Shown here: in pieces, positions 19,218 through 53,200 of the stretch
Position numbering within the stretch: position 1 is the first letter of the stretch
How the letters are laid out: each line of letters opens with the position of its first letter
DNA from: Paragordius varius
Taxonomy: Eukaryota; Animalia; Nematomorpha
Direction: 5' to 3'
Length of the DNA: 64,000 bases
Assembly (NCBI GenBank): GCA_964247055.1
Contig: OZ176050.1
Location: 12,214,001-12,278,000 of the forward strand
Notes under the pieces: model-generated
What the model was told of the DNA's origin: nothing
Database searches by the model: none
What the model saw: the letters and a program-made list of their open reading frames with translations, nothing else
Program-made: the position numbers and the translations under genes

Positions 19218-21237
19218 TCTATATATTTAAATTGGAAAGTGGTGGCTTTGTGAGTTTCCGCAAAACCGGTAGACCCATTCAAATCCAAATATCGAAAAAA
19301 TATAATCATCAATGAAGGCCCCAATAGCTTCGCCTTTTTTTAAAATAGGTCGCCAGTTGGAGCCTACCCTTTAAAACAAAAGTCCACAAAAATCGTGTCT
19401 TTGAGAGAATTTTCCGGAAAACATGTTGGACCATGCGATTTCAAATATGATTTTTTTTACTTTTTTTTATTGCCCCGAACATAGTTGGCTCGCTTTTTTA
19501 ATTTAGGGCTTCTTTTAACCCGCTCTCCCCGTAAAATGCCATTTTTTCAAAAAACAAAGTCCACAAAAATAATTTTTTGAATCTATTTTTCCCCCAAAGT
19601 AGGAGACAGTAAAAATTTAATGAGGATTCCAGATATACCCTGTTAAAGGGTAAAACTTTTAGTCGTGCGTTTTTTTATATTGGCTGGTGGGTAAGGAGAT
19701 ACCCTCTAAAAACTGCCCCATCATATCGAAATAGCGTGCCTTTGGGGCTAAATTTCAGAAAACTTATCAGGCCATATGAGTTCAATAGGTGCTAAATATA
19801 TTACCCGTAAGACCGAAATTTAGGTGCAACGGTTTCTTAAAATTAGCCGTTAATTAGGCCATTGACACCCTGATAAATGCGCTACATAAAATGATTTTTT
19901 AGTTTTGAGGAAATCTTTCCAAAAACTAATGAGAGTATATGGAATCAATCATGATTCCATGTATTCTCCGTAAAATGGCAATAATTTTAACCAAGCGCTA
20001 TTTTTGTATTAATCTCTGCGTAAGGAGTAGGAGTTAATTTTCAGAAAACATATTAGGCCATATAAGTTTAATAAGGGCTTGAAATAATGCCCGTAAAAAG
20101 GGATAAATTGTCGAGCGGTTTTTTAATATACCCATAAAAGGGCAAAAATTTAAGTCGAGCGGTTTTATTAAATTACCAGTTAATTAGGCCCTTGCACTGG
20201 AAATGCGCTACCATAGAATGACTCATTGGTTATGAGGCATTTTTTAGAAAATCCCACGAGAGCATACATCAATCATGATTCCAGGTATTACCCGAATGGC
20301 AAAAATTTTAATCGAGCTTTTTTTTGTTTCGCCCCTGGTTAAGGGCTACCCGCGTAAAACTGCGATATCGATAAAACCCATGCCTTTGTAGCCAAATTTT
20401 AGAAAATCTATGAGACTAATAGGAATATATGGAATCCATGATAATTCCAGATATTCCCCATATAAAGGAAAATATTTTGCCCAAGGCTTTTTTTATACCT
20501 GCCCCTGGATATATCCGCTAAAAACTAAGCCATTATATAGAAATTGCGTTGTTTTGGAGCTAATATACAGAAAATTTATGAAGCCATATGAGCTCAATAA
20601 AAGCTTGAAATATTACCCGTAACCAGGTAAAAATAAGGTCAGGCGTTTTTTTATTAGTCGTTAATTTGAGGCCTTTAGGCCTTAAAAATGCGCCTCAAAT
20701 AACGAAAATAACTCATGATACGATGGTATCAAAGATGATTCCAAATATTTGCCCAATAAAGGCAAAGAATTTAATTCATAGCATTTTCCATACAGATCTA
20801 TGGGTAGGGGTCTACCTGTCTTAAACTGCCATACACGTGGTTTTGGAGCTAATTTTCCCAAAACTTAAGAAGCCATGCGAGTTCAGTTAAACACATTTCT
20901 GGGATATTCGTTATCATTCTTTCCTTTAAAAAGGGACCATAAATGATTTACTTTTTATATCCCTTGATCCCAGCTGTATGAACACAATAAAAATTAAACT
21001 TTTAACCATTATATCATAAAACGAAAATATGAAATTAAATATAATAGTTATAAAATTAGATTTTTACACGGGAGGGGGGGGGGGGGCGAACTGGGAGCCT
21101 AATTCCAAAAAGGCGAAGCTATTGTCGGAGCATTCATTAATAAATATATTTTTTTGATATTTGGTTTTGAATGAGTCTACCGGTTTTCCGGAAACAGATT
21201 ACAAAGCTACCACTTACCATTTTTACAAATATATAGA
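19218..21237. mobile_element. Long family A Helitron (+, ~19218-21060) joined to an inverted 5' fragment (-, ~21070-21237)
   Basis: A|TCTATATATTTAAATTGGAAAGTGGTGGC at 19218 is a plus-strand 5' TC end. The reverse complement of the same end lies at 21237. The internal subrepeat array spans ~19600-20830. Confidence 0.7.
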
Positions 21238-21569
21238 TTTTGGCTTATTTATATACTTTTATTAAGATAAAAGCATAAATAAAATTTGAACCGTTTCCTT
21301 ATTGTCTAGGGTATTTTGGACCCAAATCAGAATCGATGAATACCTTTTATTAGTATTGTATTTTATTGCAAACAGTGATAATAAATGTAACACACCATTA
21401 CTATTAAAGTTAGAATGTTTTTATGGGTCTTATAATATAAATTGAAAAGAAACAAATACACTTCACTTTGGTCAAAATAAAAAGTGAATGTTTCATGGAC
21501 TATCTTACGGCTGATTAGCATTTTCTGCTAAAACAACATATCGTCATCAGATGGTTTATTTCTCAAACT

Positions 21570-42736
<21,167 letters not shown>

Positions 42737-44564
42737 TTCACACTCATTCTCATCGATAAAATTAATTAAGTAAAAAATTAGGTTTTATATACAGTGCAAT
42801 ATTCGGTTACATCATTCATTTTGATTTTTCTTTTTACTACATGAATTAAAAGCATAAAAATTATATATGGCTGGCTATATTAAAAAATAGTGTCACCTTT
42901 TTCTCAATAATAAAATGCATTCCCCCATATTACGTATTTATATATTTTGGAACAGATTTTATATAAAAGCATTTAAATAAAACGGTATTCTTTAACACAA
43001 AACATTTAAATATAGAGCATTTTTTGGGGAAAATTATTTTATATCAATGTAATATATTTATTATTGATTTGCATTAAACTCCACATTTTATTTATCGATT
43101 GTAACAGAAAATGTTTAATTTTCACTTATTTCAATCAATGTACCAAAGATTTTTTGATACCCTTATATATCACTTTATTGTAAAAATGTTTGAATTTGCC
43201 TTATTTTACATATTTATTATTCATTATATTGTAAAATAAGTAGTAGATAATAAATTGTTTGTTCAATTAATTTTTATAACCGAACATTAATATTTGGTTG
43301 CATTGATACCCGAAATCTTTGCAATCACTTGTTTTATAATTTCTAAGTTTATAAAACGTTTTCAAAAATAACCATAAAAATAATCATAGTGAATTATTAT
43401 ACAATCAAAGGTCTTGTTAAGAAATTATTAAAATGATAATCTAAATACCTGTGATTAACATCGGGACCGTGTTTGAAGGACCGAAAACATCGTGTTTACA
43501 ACATTTTAAGGCAAAAACGGTCAGCTTTTAAAACAACGGTGACTTCTAACGGTTTTCATAAAAAATTTATATTTTTTCTAATTATTACCTCTGTTTTTAG
43601 TAAGGTTTTCCATTTTATTTAAACTTCAAAGTACACTTTTTGCAGTCGATATAATATTTAGTCGATTGAAACCTAAATAAGTTCCATTCAATAAACATCG
43701 GAACGATTTCGGATTCGATCCCGCGTAACTTAGGATTATTATACAAGGGTTTCCCATTTCGTTTTCGTACCAAATAGAAATAAGATTATAATTGTAACAT
43801 TCATTACTTTCGGGGTTGGATTTTCAGATACCTCAAAATGAGATTTAAAAATAATTATTAACACATCATTCCATTTTCATTTTTTTGTACAAGATGACAT
43901 TAAAATAGTTTTCTACTTCAGATCTTAAAATGATTAGCAAACTTCTGTTTTCTTTGGTTAAAATTTATTTATCCCTATTCTCCTGAAAAAAATTTATAAT
44001 TTTCACAATTTTTAATTTTTATAAAATTCGGATTGTTCCAAAATAGGATTGAATCAAACAGCTGATATTAATTTATAAATATCAAAAATTGGTAAAATAT
44101 TATTTGAAAGCTTTAAAAAATTAATTATTTATGAGTCTGTTATGTTAGCGAACTAAAAAATCTAAAATGAAAAAATGGCAGAGAATATAATTTGAGACGT
44201 AGATTTTTTATGATTTTGCCTTTTTATTAAAAATATTTTGTATCATGCGCCTAAAAGGCTAAAGCAAGCATATGTAAAATAATTTAATTTTAAATGTCCC
44301 TGGAGTATAAAACTACCCCAAGTCACGATGTGTTAAGGGTATAAAAAATAAAAATATATGGTAAATACCTTTGCGCTATTTTTTGTTTTTTTGCAAAATC
44401 GGCTGATATTTTATTAACACTTCATGACCTTTTCACTTTTTTGTCCGCGATGACATATTGGGGTGGTTATATCCCAGAGCCCGCGATCTTGTATATAAAC
44501 TACTGTTTTGAAAGTTATTTTGGTTAAAATTTAATTATCAAATATTGTTGGCTTGTATTAGATA

Positions 44565-44840
44565 CAGTAAAAATTGTATACGAACAAATCGCAAAAATAT
44601 AAAGAAATATTTTTTTCAAAAGACAACCATACTTTTATAAACCTTAATTTTTCCCATATAAATTTTATAACTAAAATTCTAAAATATATAATTGTTTTAC
44701 TGAAATACATATGAATTTTATTTTGCAATTTAAAACCATGAGTTATATTTAAAAAATCTAGATTCACAAGGTATGGTTGTCTTTTAAAAAAATATTTGTC
44801 CTTATATTTTTACATTTTGTCCGTATAATTTAAGTTATTG
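44565..44840. mobile_element. Tc1/mariner-type MITE family D (~280 bp)
   Basis: TA|CAGTAAAAATTGTATACGAACAAA..AAAAGACAACCATAC ... GTATGGTTGTCTTTT..TTTTGTCCGTATAATTTAAGTTATTG|TA. Long imperfect TIRs. Confidence 0.7.
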
Positions 44841-46387
44841 TAAAAAAAATATATTTTTTACAGTTTTGTGACTTTATGCATTCTATGTTCTTTAGGGCGG
44901 ACTCTACCATATTTTGAAAAAACAAAAATTCTCATTCTAACTTCAAGCCGCCATTTTTTTACATTTTTTACCTTAATCTGAGCTGAAAAAAAAATATTAG
45001 AGTTTACAATAATATTACTAAATAAGCCTTTTAATGATATGGCAAATATTCGACATTTATCAATTTTAAATCAGATATTTGTTCAGGTGGATTCGACTAC
45101 TAATTCTTAATTCTGTTAGCAAAAACTTTATATTATATTAGCTAATTCATGGACTTTAAATAATATATTTAAGGTTCTTTATTATAATTATAGAACGATT
45201 AATACTTCAATGAATCACTAGTTTATAACACTTTATTGTTTTTAGCTTTTATTGCATACAATTACATTTTGCGATTTTTTAGCTCAGAGCACTTGTAAAT
45301 AAACAACTGCTTAAGAGTTGTTGTGACTAAAATGTAACATACATTGTAAACAAAATCAGGGTTTATAATAAAATATCTTGAAATATATATTATATAGATT
45401 AATAAGTTATATCATGGTTAGTTTTGGGGCAAGAGATATAAGAAATTATTTGTAGTTTTGTGCTAATAGATCAATATCAAAACATCGTAAAATTGCCGCA
45501 GCTTATATAAAATAAATTTTTTGTAAAAGCTAAATATTTCATTCCATTCTCTCACTAAAATATTTTACAAATTATATATAAAAAGCAAAATAATATTTTT
45601 AAAAATTTAAATTAAGGTGAGCGATATTATTATATTTTTGGAACCGTTAATGGGAAATTTTCAAACTAAACGCAATGCAGATATTGCGCGATGAAAATTT
45701 CTATAAACTTTTTAATAGATATTTGGCAAACGAAATTTAAGTAAAGCGAGTTTTATGGTGTTTTGAAAGATAGCGGAAACGGTATATAAATACTTTATGA
45801 TATTATAACACTTTTTTTCCATAATTTAATTTTTCTGATCATAAAATATAAATCAGAATTTTTATTAAAAATTTCGTTCGTATCTGAATTCGTGTTAAAT
45901 AGAATTTGTATTTTTTAAAAAAAATTTCCTTCTAATTAAAAGCACAAACCCTTAAATATTCTGTTTTAAAATATGTTAAGGTTCTAAAATTAAATATAGA
46001 AAATGTTTTATAATATGTTAAAGTGTTTTTATACTGTTACCATACTGCCAAATTAGGATATAACTCCCTTCCTTATATTTTCTAAAGATCAAATTCAAAG
46101 GTAAGATATCTTATTTTTCCGCAAACGTTTTGTCAATTTTAGCACAAATACGCAATTAAAACGACATGCTCTTGTATTAGTCAAATTTCAGCTTTTCCAA
46201 AATTTAAAAATAAAATTTTTTTGTTAATATATATGGTTTATGAACTATAGGGATTTATTTTAAAATATCAAAAAGTGCTCAAATTTAGCTATTATATGGA
46301 GCAGTTGCCACAAAATGGTATTATTATATACCACTTGTAGGGCCTAATACCAAAAACATTATCAGAATCCCATCACATTTATCCGTA

Positions 46388-46425
<38 letters not shown>

Positions 46426-46478
46426 CAAGATATTTATTTATCCTAGTGCAGTAAAATATTTAAATATCAGCGCGCAGC

Positions 46479-46959
46479 ATGACTGGTCGTGGTAAAGGAG
46501 GAAAAATTCAAACAACGAAGAAAAGATCCAATACGTCCAGAGCTGGTTTAGTTTTTCCTGTTTCCAGAATTGGACGACATTTACGAAAAGGTTTTTATTT
46601 ACTTTACAGATTGCAATATAATTTGTGACTAAAATTATATTTTTATAGGAAAATACGCTGACCGAATCGGGGCAGGCGCTTCTGTTTACTTAGCTAGTGT
46701 TCTAGAATATTTAAGTTCGGAAGTTTTGGAACTGGCTGGAAATGCGGCAAGAGATAACAAAAAAACGCGTATTATACCACGTTATATTCAATTGGCAATC
46801 AAAAACGATGAAGAGTTAAATAAACTTTTGTCATCAGTAACCATTTCTCAGGGAGGTGTTTTGCCTCAAATACATTCGAATCTATTACCAAAATCATCTA
46901 CGTTAGGAACTAATACTCTCGTCATACCCAAAGTCAACACGCAATCTCAAGAATTTTAA
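46479..46959 (+). CDS. H2AX: Divergent histone H2A.X-type variant with one intron, 140 aa
   Basis: Exons 46479-46590 and 46649-46959, with a 58-nt GT-AG phase-1 intron. Translation [93 protein letters not shown]. The C-terminal SQEF fits the SQ(E/D)-hydrophobic H2A.X motif. Confidence 0.9.
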
Positions 46960-48089
46960 TTTTTTTTATCAAATTTATAAAATACTAGTGCTCAAATTAT
47001 ATTTATAATAATTATTATGAAAAATATATGTACAATAATATCACAAATTATTTTTTAACATGTAGTATTTTTTTTGTTTATTAATAAATATTGGCTATAA
47101 TTGTTTTTTTTAATCATTTATATTTTTTGAAATAGTTTAGGGGTTCCAACACAAATTGCCCCACTGGCCTCATTTTTGCCTCAAAAAACCTTTATGCAAA
47201 CACATGGATTAACTTATTTATAAAAATGTTATTTCTTAAGATATTTTTGCAAATTATGATTTTTCGCGGGCCTAGACAACAGATATCATCATAAAGGGTA
47301 GGACTCCAGATTCGAAATTTTCGTACCACGAAGTATTCATATTTATAATATTTATACTACGTGGGAGGCGATTTTTTACGTAACACATGCCTGAGGTTCA
47401 ACTAATTATTTTACAGATCATTAGAAACTGGCCTTTAACGTTAGCACATTTTCATGCCCCAGCCAACACCGCTGGGAGGTAGTAGGACTTTGTAAGCCCT
47501 AGACAATAAATAATGTTTATATATCAAGGTTAAATTTGTAGTGTCGAACAATTCCTGCGTAAAAATTACAAAATGATATCAAAACACAAAAATTCTTGAC
47601 AAAATAAATTATTAAAATTAATATACTTTTTCTCTTTAATATTTTTTTACATATTTATGTCTTAATCAATTAATTAGTACCATTAATTGTTCGGTAAAGA
47701 GTTATATTTTTTGGGGCATATTAATAAATTGTCATAGGGTACTATCGGCTCTTTGTGTATATATTTTTTAAGCGAATTGCCGTATTTTGAAGTTGAAAAT
47801 GCGCGCCGAGATACACTGTTTATGGGTTTGTAGGCGTATATAGCATAAGTGCGGCTAACAATCTGCTAATATAAAAAAGCTCTTGTTAAATTTGTTATGA
47901 ATTATGAAAAATTATCAAATATCAGTGAATTTTTATAGGGAAAATTCGGGAAAATGCTTCACAGTCACGTTATTTTTATTTGTGGTAATTTATTTTTAAG
48001 AAAGCAAACGACATAAATTTTTGCCTTTTAAACCAAAAACACCTGAAACCATTATTAAATTACACATTTACGTCGTGGTGTATGCAACA

Positions 48090-48720
48090 AAAATTGGATC
48101 CCTACCCCTCGCTTTAAATTTTAAATTTATCATGAAAATAGTAACCTATGTTGAAGCCATAAGATCTCTTAGGTTACCAGTAAATTTGCTTGAAAGCCAC
48201 GTTTTTTATATGATGACGCATTTTACAAAGGGTGGAGCCCCACTCAACGGGTCGTATAAAAAGCGTTAAAAATTTTTTACCTTTGTACCGGATTAGACTA
48301 TTAGGGAGTTTATTTAAGACCATAAATGTTGCTTCAAATTTACGACGGGGTGCACTTTACAGATGATCCCTGCCCAGCGGTTAATTTAAGCGTTAGGCTA
48401 AAACTTTTGCTTTTATAAAAAAAGGACTTAAAACAACTATTGATTTGCTTAGTGCCATAACTTGGGCGAAACGCTAAAAAAATTATTGTTGGAAACTTAA
48501 TGTGAAAATAGTATTTTACGAATAGAGTGGACGAATACATGTGCTGCATTGATATAAAGATAAAGAATCATTATTAATTTGGAATGAGCCGTTACGATTT
48601 CCGTAAAATAATAGTGGACACACTTTTTGGGGAGTAAACCCATTTACACTCATGGTGGGGCTTAACTGAGCGGCTAATTTAAAAATAAGGCTCAACTATC
48701 ATCGGCGTTTTTATGTGTAA
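48090..48720. repeat. Degenerate subrepeat array, possibly a distant relative of family A
   Basis: Recurring GGG..CCC..GCG[G/T]TAA..AAAA[T/C]TTTT[A/G]C[C/T]TTT units, e.g. GGGTGGAGCCCCACTCAACGGGTCGTATAAAAAGCGTTAAAAATTTTTTACCTTT, parallel family A units. No termini were found. Confidence 0.3.
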
Positions 48721-48772
48721 AAAAAATTTCCACTTTTAAATATAAATGGGCCTACAGATGTTTTTAAAACTA

Positions 48773-49056
48773 CAGTATAATTGAAATTATACGGACAAAA
48801 TGCAAAAATATAAAGACATTTTTTTCAAAAGACAACCATTTTTAAACCTTGATTTATCCTTTAAAAAATATTTAACTACAACAGTAAAATACACAATTAA
48901 CTGTGTTACCAATTTACATTTCAAGATTATAATTTAAAGTTAAAAACAATGAGTTATCTTTGAAAAATCAAGATTAAAAACGGATGGTTGTCGTTTTGAA
49001 AAAAATATTTGTCTTTATATTTTCACGTTTTGTCCGTATTATTTCAATTTTTACTG
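48773..49056. mobile_element. Tc1/mariner-type MITE family D
   Basis: TA|CAGTATAATTGAAATTATACGGACAAAA ... TTTTGTCCGTATTATTTCAATTTTTACTG|TA. Confidence 0.8.
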
Positions 49057-49084
49057 TATGTCAACGGGTAATAAAACTTAATCT

Positions 49085-49125
<41 letters not shown>

Positions 49126-49424
49126 GAGGTATTAAAATTTCCTTCATGTAATATATATAAATATATATTTCCTTTTATTTTTCAGACACACAATAATAAA
49201 ATTTTGCTGGTTTATTTAGCCCAAGTCAAAATCATTAAACCAAAAACGAAACTGGAGTTAATATTTTTGCAAAAATAATGGCGTATATATTTTTCCGCAA
49301 ACGTGAACTATTTAATTTCCAAACCGTTTTACTTTTAAAAAAATAAATAGTGATAAATAGTTTTGGAAAAAGTGTCGACTATACTCCCTTTTTTCAGATT
49401 TATGTTTGCCCATTTAATAATATA

Positions 49425-49723
49425 CCATTTACGATTCAAATTCACCATTAAATAATTCAAATTACCCTTGAACAATTCCAATTTACCCTATGTGTTTTCG
49501 GGCTTTAAACTTTAGATTAATAAAAATAGCATGGCAGAGTTTATTATTTTTTCAGTATTATATTAATTTTAAACGAAATTTCATTTTTTAAAAATATAAA
49601 TAAATATAGGTATTTTTTAATCTTAAAAACACATAATATTTTAGAGTGAATTGAATTCGAGGGTGAATAAATTATTCAATGGTCAATTTGAATTGTTTCA
49701 GGGTGATTTTGAACTGTAAATGG
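49425..49723. mobile_element. MITE family C, best-preserved copy, TA-flanked
   Basis: TA|CCATTTACGATTCAAATTCACC ... GGGTGATTTTGAACTGTAAATGG|TA. Confidence 0.75.
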
Positions 49724-50246
49724 TATAATATAAACTCAAATATGGTGTAGGTTAAGGTATCTTACTAAGCTAGTATAAGCTAAAAATTTTGTTTTAGCGG
49801 TTTAGCCTATTTTATTTTAATATAAATCAATGCATACGATTATTATATAGAAAAAGTTTAAATATTTTAATTAGGGTTAATCTTTTTTTTCACTTTTTTA
49901 TTGCTGCTTTGTAATTCTTCCTATCATATTGAATGATCTAAGATCTAAACGTACGTCAAAAATTAACATATAATACTATGTGGTTAATTTTTCTGTTTTT
50001 ATCCTGAAAGCTGCAAAGATAAGCTAAAAATCAATAGATTACGAAAAACAATTACAACTATATATATATACATATATATTATATACATTTTTTGTATTGA
50101 ACAATAGCCATGTAATATTTTTATCTCTATCAAAAACAAAATTTATTTACTATCAAATTATAAAAAAATAAAATGAGATGATATCGATTAAAGTAAGTTT
50201 CATCCCTTTTATAAAATTGATTCTTTGATCAAATCTTAAATAACGG

Positions 50247-53200
50247 ATGATCCCCAAAACTCTGTTCCGACATTTGCAAGGAAACCTTATTCTATTTATT
50301 CTGATATTCTCGGGTATATTTACAGTTAAAGCTGAAATTTTATGGACAAAATGTAATAATATAAAGATAAATATTTTTTTCTAAAAGACAATTATACTTT
50401 TTAAATTTTAATTCTTTTAAATATAACGAATTGTTTTAAACTGCAAAATATAAAATAGAGATGTAATTTGGTAACACAATCAATTGTATATTTAACGATT
50501 GTAGTATAATGATGGGTTCCAAAGAAGTATAATTCTCTTTTGAAAAAAAAAACTTTTGTCTTTTATATTATTACGTTTTGTCCTTATAATTTCAATTTTT
50601 ATTGTAAAAAAACATTCTTGAAATAAAATTTTTGCGATATTTTCTTTAATTCGGTTAGTTACATATGAATCCGATGAAGAAGAAAGATTGATTCGTGACC
50701 TTTTTCGAAATTACAATAAATACATAAGACCGGTCAAAAATAAAACTGATCATTTGAACGTTCAATTCGGATTAACCTTAATTCAATTGATAAATGTGGT
50801 ATTATATTCTTTACTAGTGAATCATACAAATAAAATTGGTATTAGATACCATTGACTGTTAAAATCTTTAGCCAATCCATATTTGAGATCTAGCATTTTA
50901 AAATATTTTCTAAATAAATGACTATAAAACATTATTTATTAGATAATAATTATATAATTAGCCTACTAAATTTATTTATGTAGAATGAAAAAGAGCAGAT
51001 AATGAAGACCAACGTTTGGCTTCAACTGGTAAGCCATATGTTTATTTAGCATTTACTGTTTTAACAAACATAACTTGTGGTTTCAAAGTCTGTTTGAGAT
51101 TTTCTAATTTTATAAATTTTTAGCGCTTTTAAAATATATGCAAAAAAATTACTTTATAAAATACAAATAATTATCATTTTAACGATAAAATTAATTTAAT
51201 TTCAAAATACCATTAACTTACTATTTCATATATTGTATTTATGGAAAAATTGGCGGAAGCAATTGTTTTAGTTTTAGATTTTAATATGCCGTAAAATTTC
51301 ATAAATTCGTGTTTCTATAGTATCTAATTATTATGTTTTAGAAATGGAACGATTTTCAATTAGCCTGGCCATCGGAAGATTATGGGAACATCAAAACGAT
51401 TCAAATTCCCTATTCCATGATTTGGACACCGGACATGGTTTTACTGAATAAGTAATATATTTTGCAAGTTTTTTGTTGCTGAAAATCTGCTTATTCAAAG
51501 CTATTTTTTAATGATCTAGTGCGGATGGGAAATATGAAGTTAGTACGAAATCTAACGTAGTACTCAATTACGATGGCGAAGTTTTATGGGTGCCCCCATC
51601 CATTTACAAAAGTGGTTGTATCATAGATGTCAAATATTTCCCGTTCGATGAACAGAAATGTAAAATGAAATTCGGTTCCTGGACTTTCAATGGGGATGAG
51701 CTGGGATTCTCATTTTTTGATGGCAAAGATTACGTTGATTTGAATGATTTTTCAATCAGTGGTACGTGGGATATAATTAATGTCCCTGGATATCTTAACA
51801 TAGATAATCGTACTAAACCGACACAAACCGATGTCACTTTTTACTTGTATATTCGACGTAAAACCCTTTTTTACACAGTTAACTTGTTAGCCCCATGTAT
51901 TATGATGTCTTTCCTCAGCGTACTTGTATTTTATCTCCCCCCAGATGGAAACGAGAAAATAACCCTGAGTATATCCATTCTTTTAGCCATAGTCCTGTTT
52001 CAACTCGTTGTGTCTAAAACATTGCCACCAACATCATTGACTATCCCATTGATAGCCAAATATTTGCTCTTCACGTTTGTCATGAATCTCATATGTGTCC
52101 TCATAACGGTAATTATTGTCAATTGGAATTTCCGAGCAGCTAAAACTCATAAGTTACCACATTGGATGCGAGTGGTATTTATTCAATTTTTACCCAGGTT
52201 TGTGTGTATGAAACGTCCCACTTTGTTAAGACCATCTAAATCGGGAACATTCTCTTTTGATATAACACCATCTTCCACTTCACAAGATGGGAGGATGGAT
52301 ACGTCTCGTACAAACATTATATCACCCACCAAAATTAATAAAAAGTATGAGTCTGCAATGAAAAACGGTAAGTGTACTTTAAGAAATCGAAAAGTAAATG
52401 TAAGGCCTTTCGGCAAAAACGATGACGTGATTGGTAAAATAAATCATCTCCCATTAAACAAGCATAAAAGTATGGAACTTTCCGATTTTCACACTAATCC
52501 TTTAAATTATCGTTTTGCCGGTAATGGGTCGTATATGGATGATCGACACCAGGACCAACTTTCAACCACTTATGGAAATCGCCATTTTTTGAGTGGAAAA
52601 GATTTGGAAGAAATTGAGCAACTTGCCACTGCTGAAATGTTAAACAAGGGCTCGCATCTTAACAGAGCAGCGCTTTCTAGCGGTAAAAAACTTCCATACC
52701 CACGTCAAATTTGTAATGATAACCCGAGTTTTGAAGGTGAGGGAGGAATCAATTTTAATGCGTATAGGACATCGAACATGGCTCATTCAAATACCAATAG
52801 ATCAATAAGACGTCAACACAGTTTAGATTTAGATGATGACTCTAATATCGCCACCAAATTGAACGCATTCAAGGCAGGTACTATAGTACCTAGGGCGAAT
52901 GAGCACATAAATAAATTTTCTGATTACCATATTACGTCGAATCCGGTAGACGAAATAGAGGTTACCAAACAAAAATTATGGTTAGGACCATATGAAATTC
53001 CCATCCCAAGCTTTCCGCCTCACTCCTCTGCGTTACCGTTGTATGAAAGGCCCGACATTGTTAATCAAAACTATTATGACGACCAAGAACAACAATATCA
53101 ACAAGAAGTAGAGGATGCAGTTAGATTTTATGGTAATCCCTATTACTTCTCCAACAATTCCAACAATAACAATAGCAACACTGATGAGGTACAAAAAATG

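Noticed and set aside
46960-47100. Replication-dependent histone stem-loop or histone gene cluster
   Set aside because: No GGCYCTTTTCAGRGCC-type hairpin follows the stop and no other histone gene is in the window.
51770-51850. nAChR alpha subunit
   Set aside because: Loop C ([19 protein letters not shown]) lacks the vicinal Cys-Cys that defines alpha subunits.
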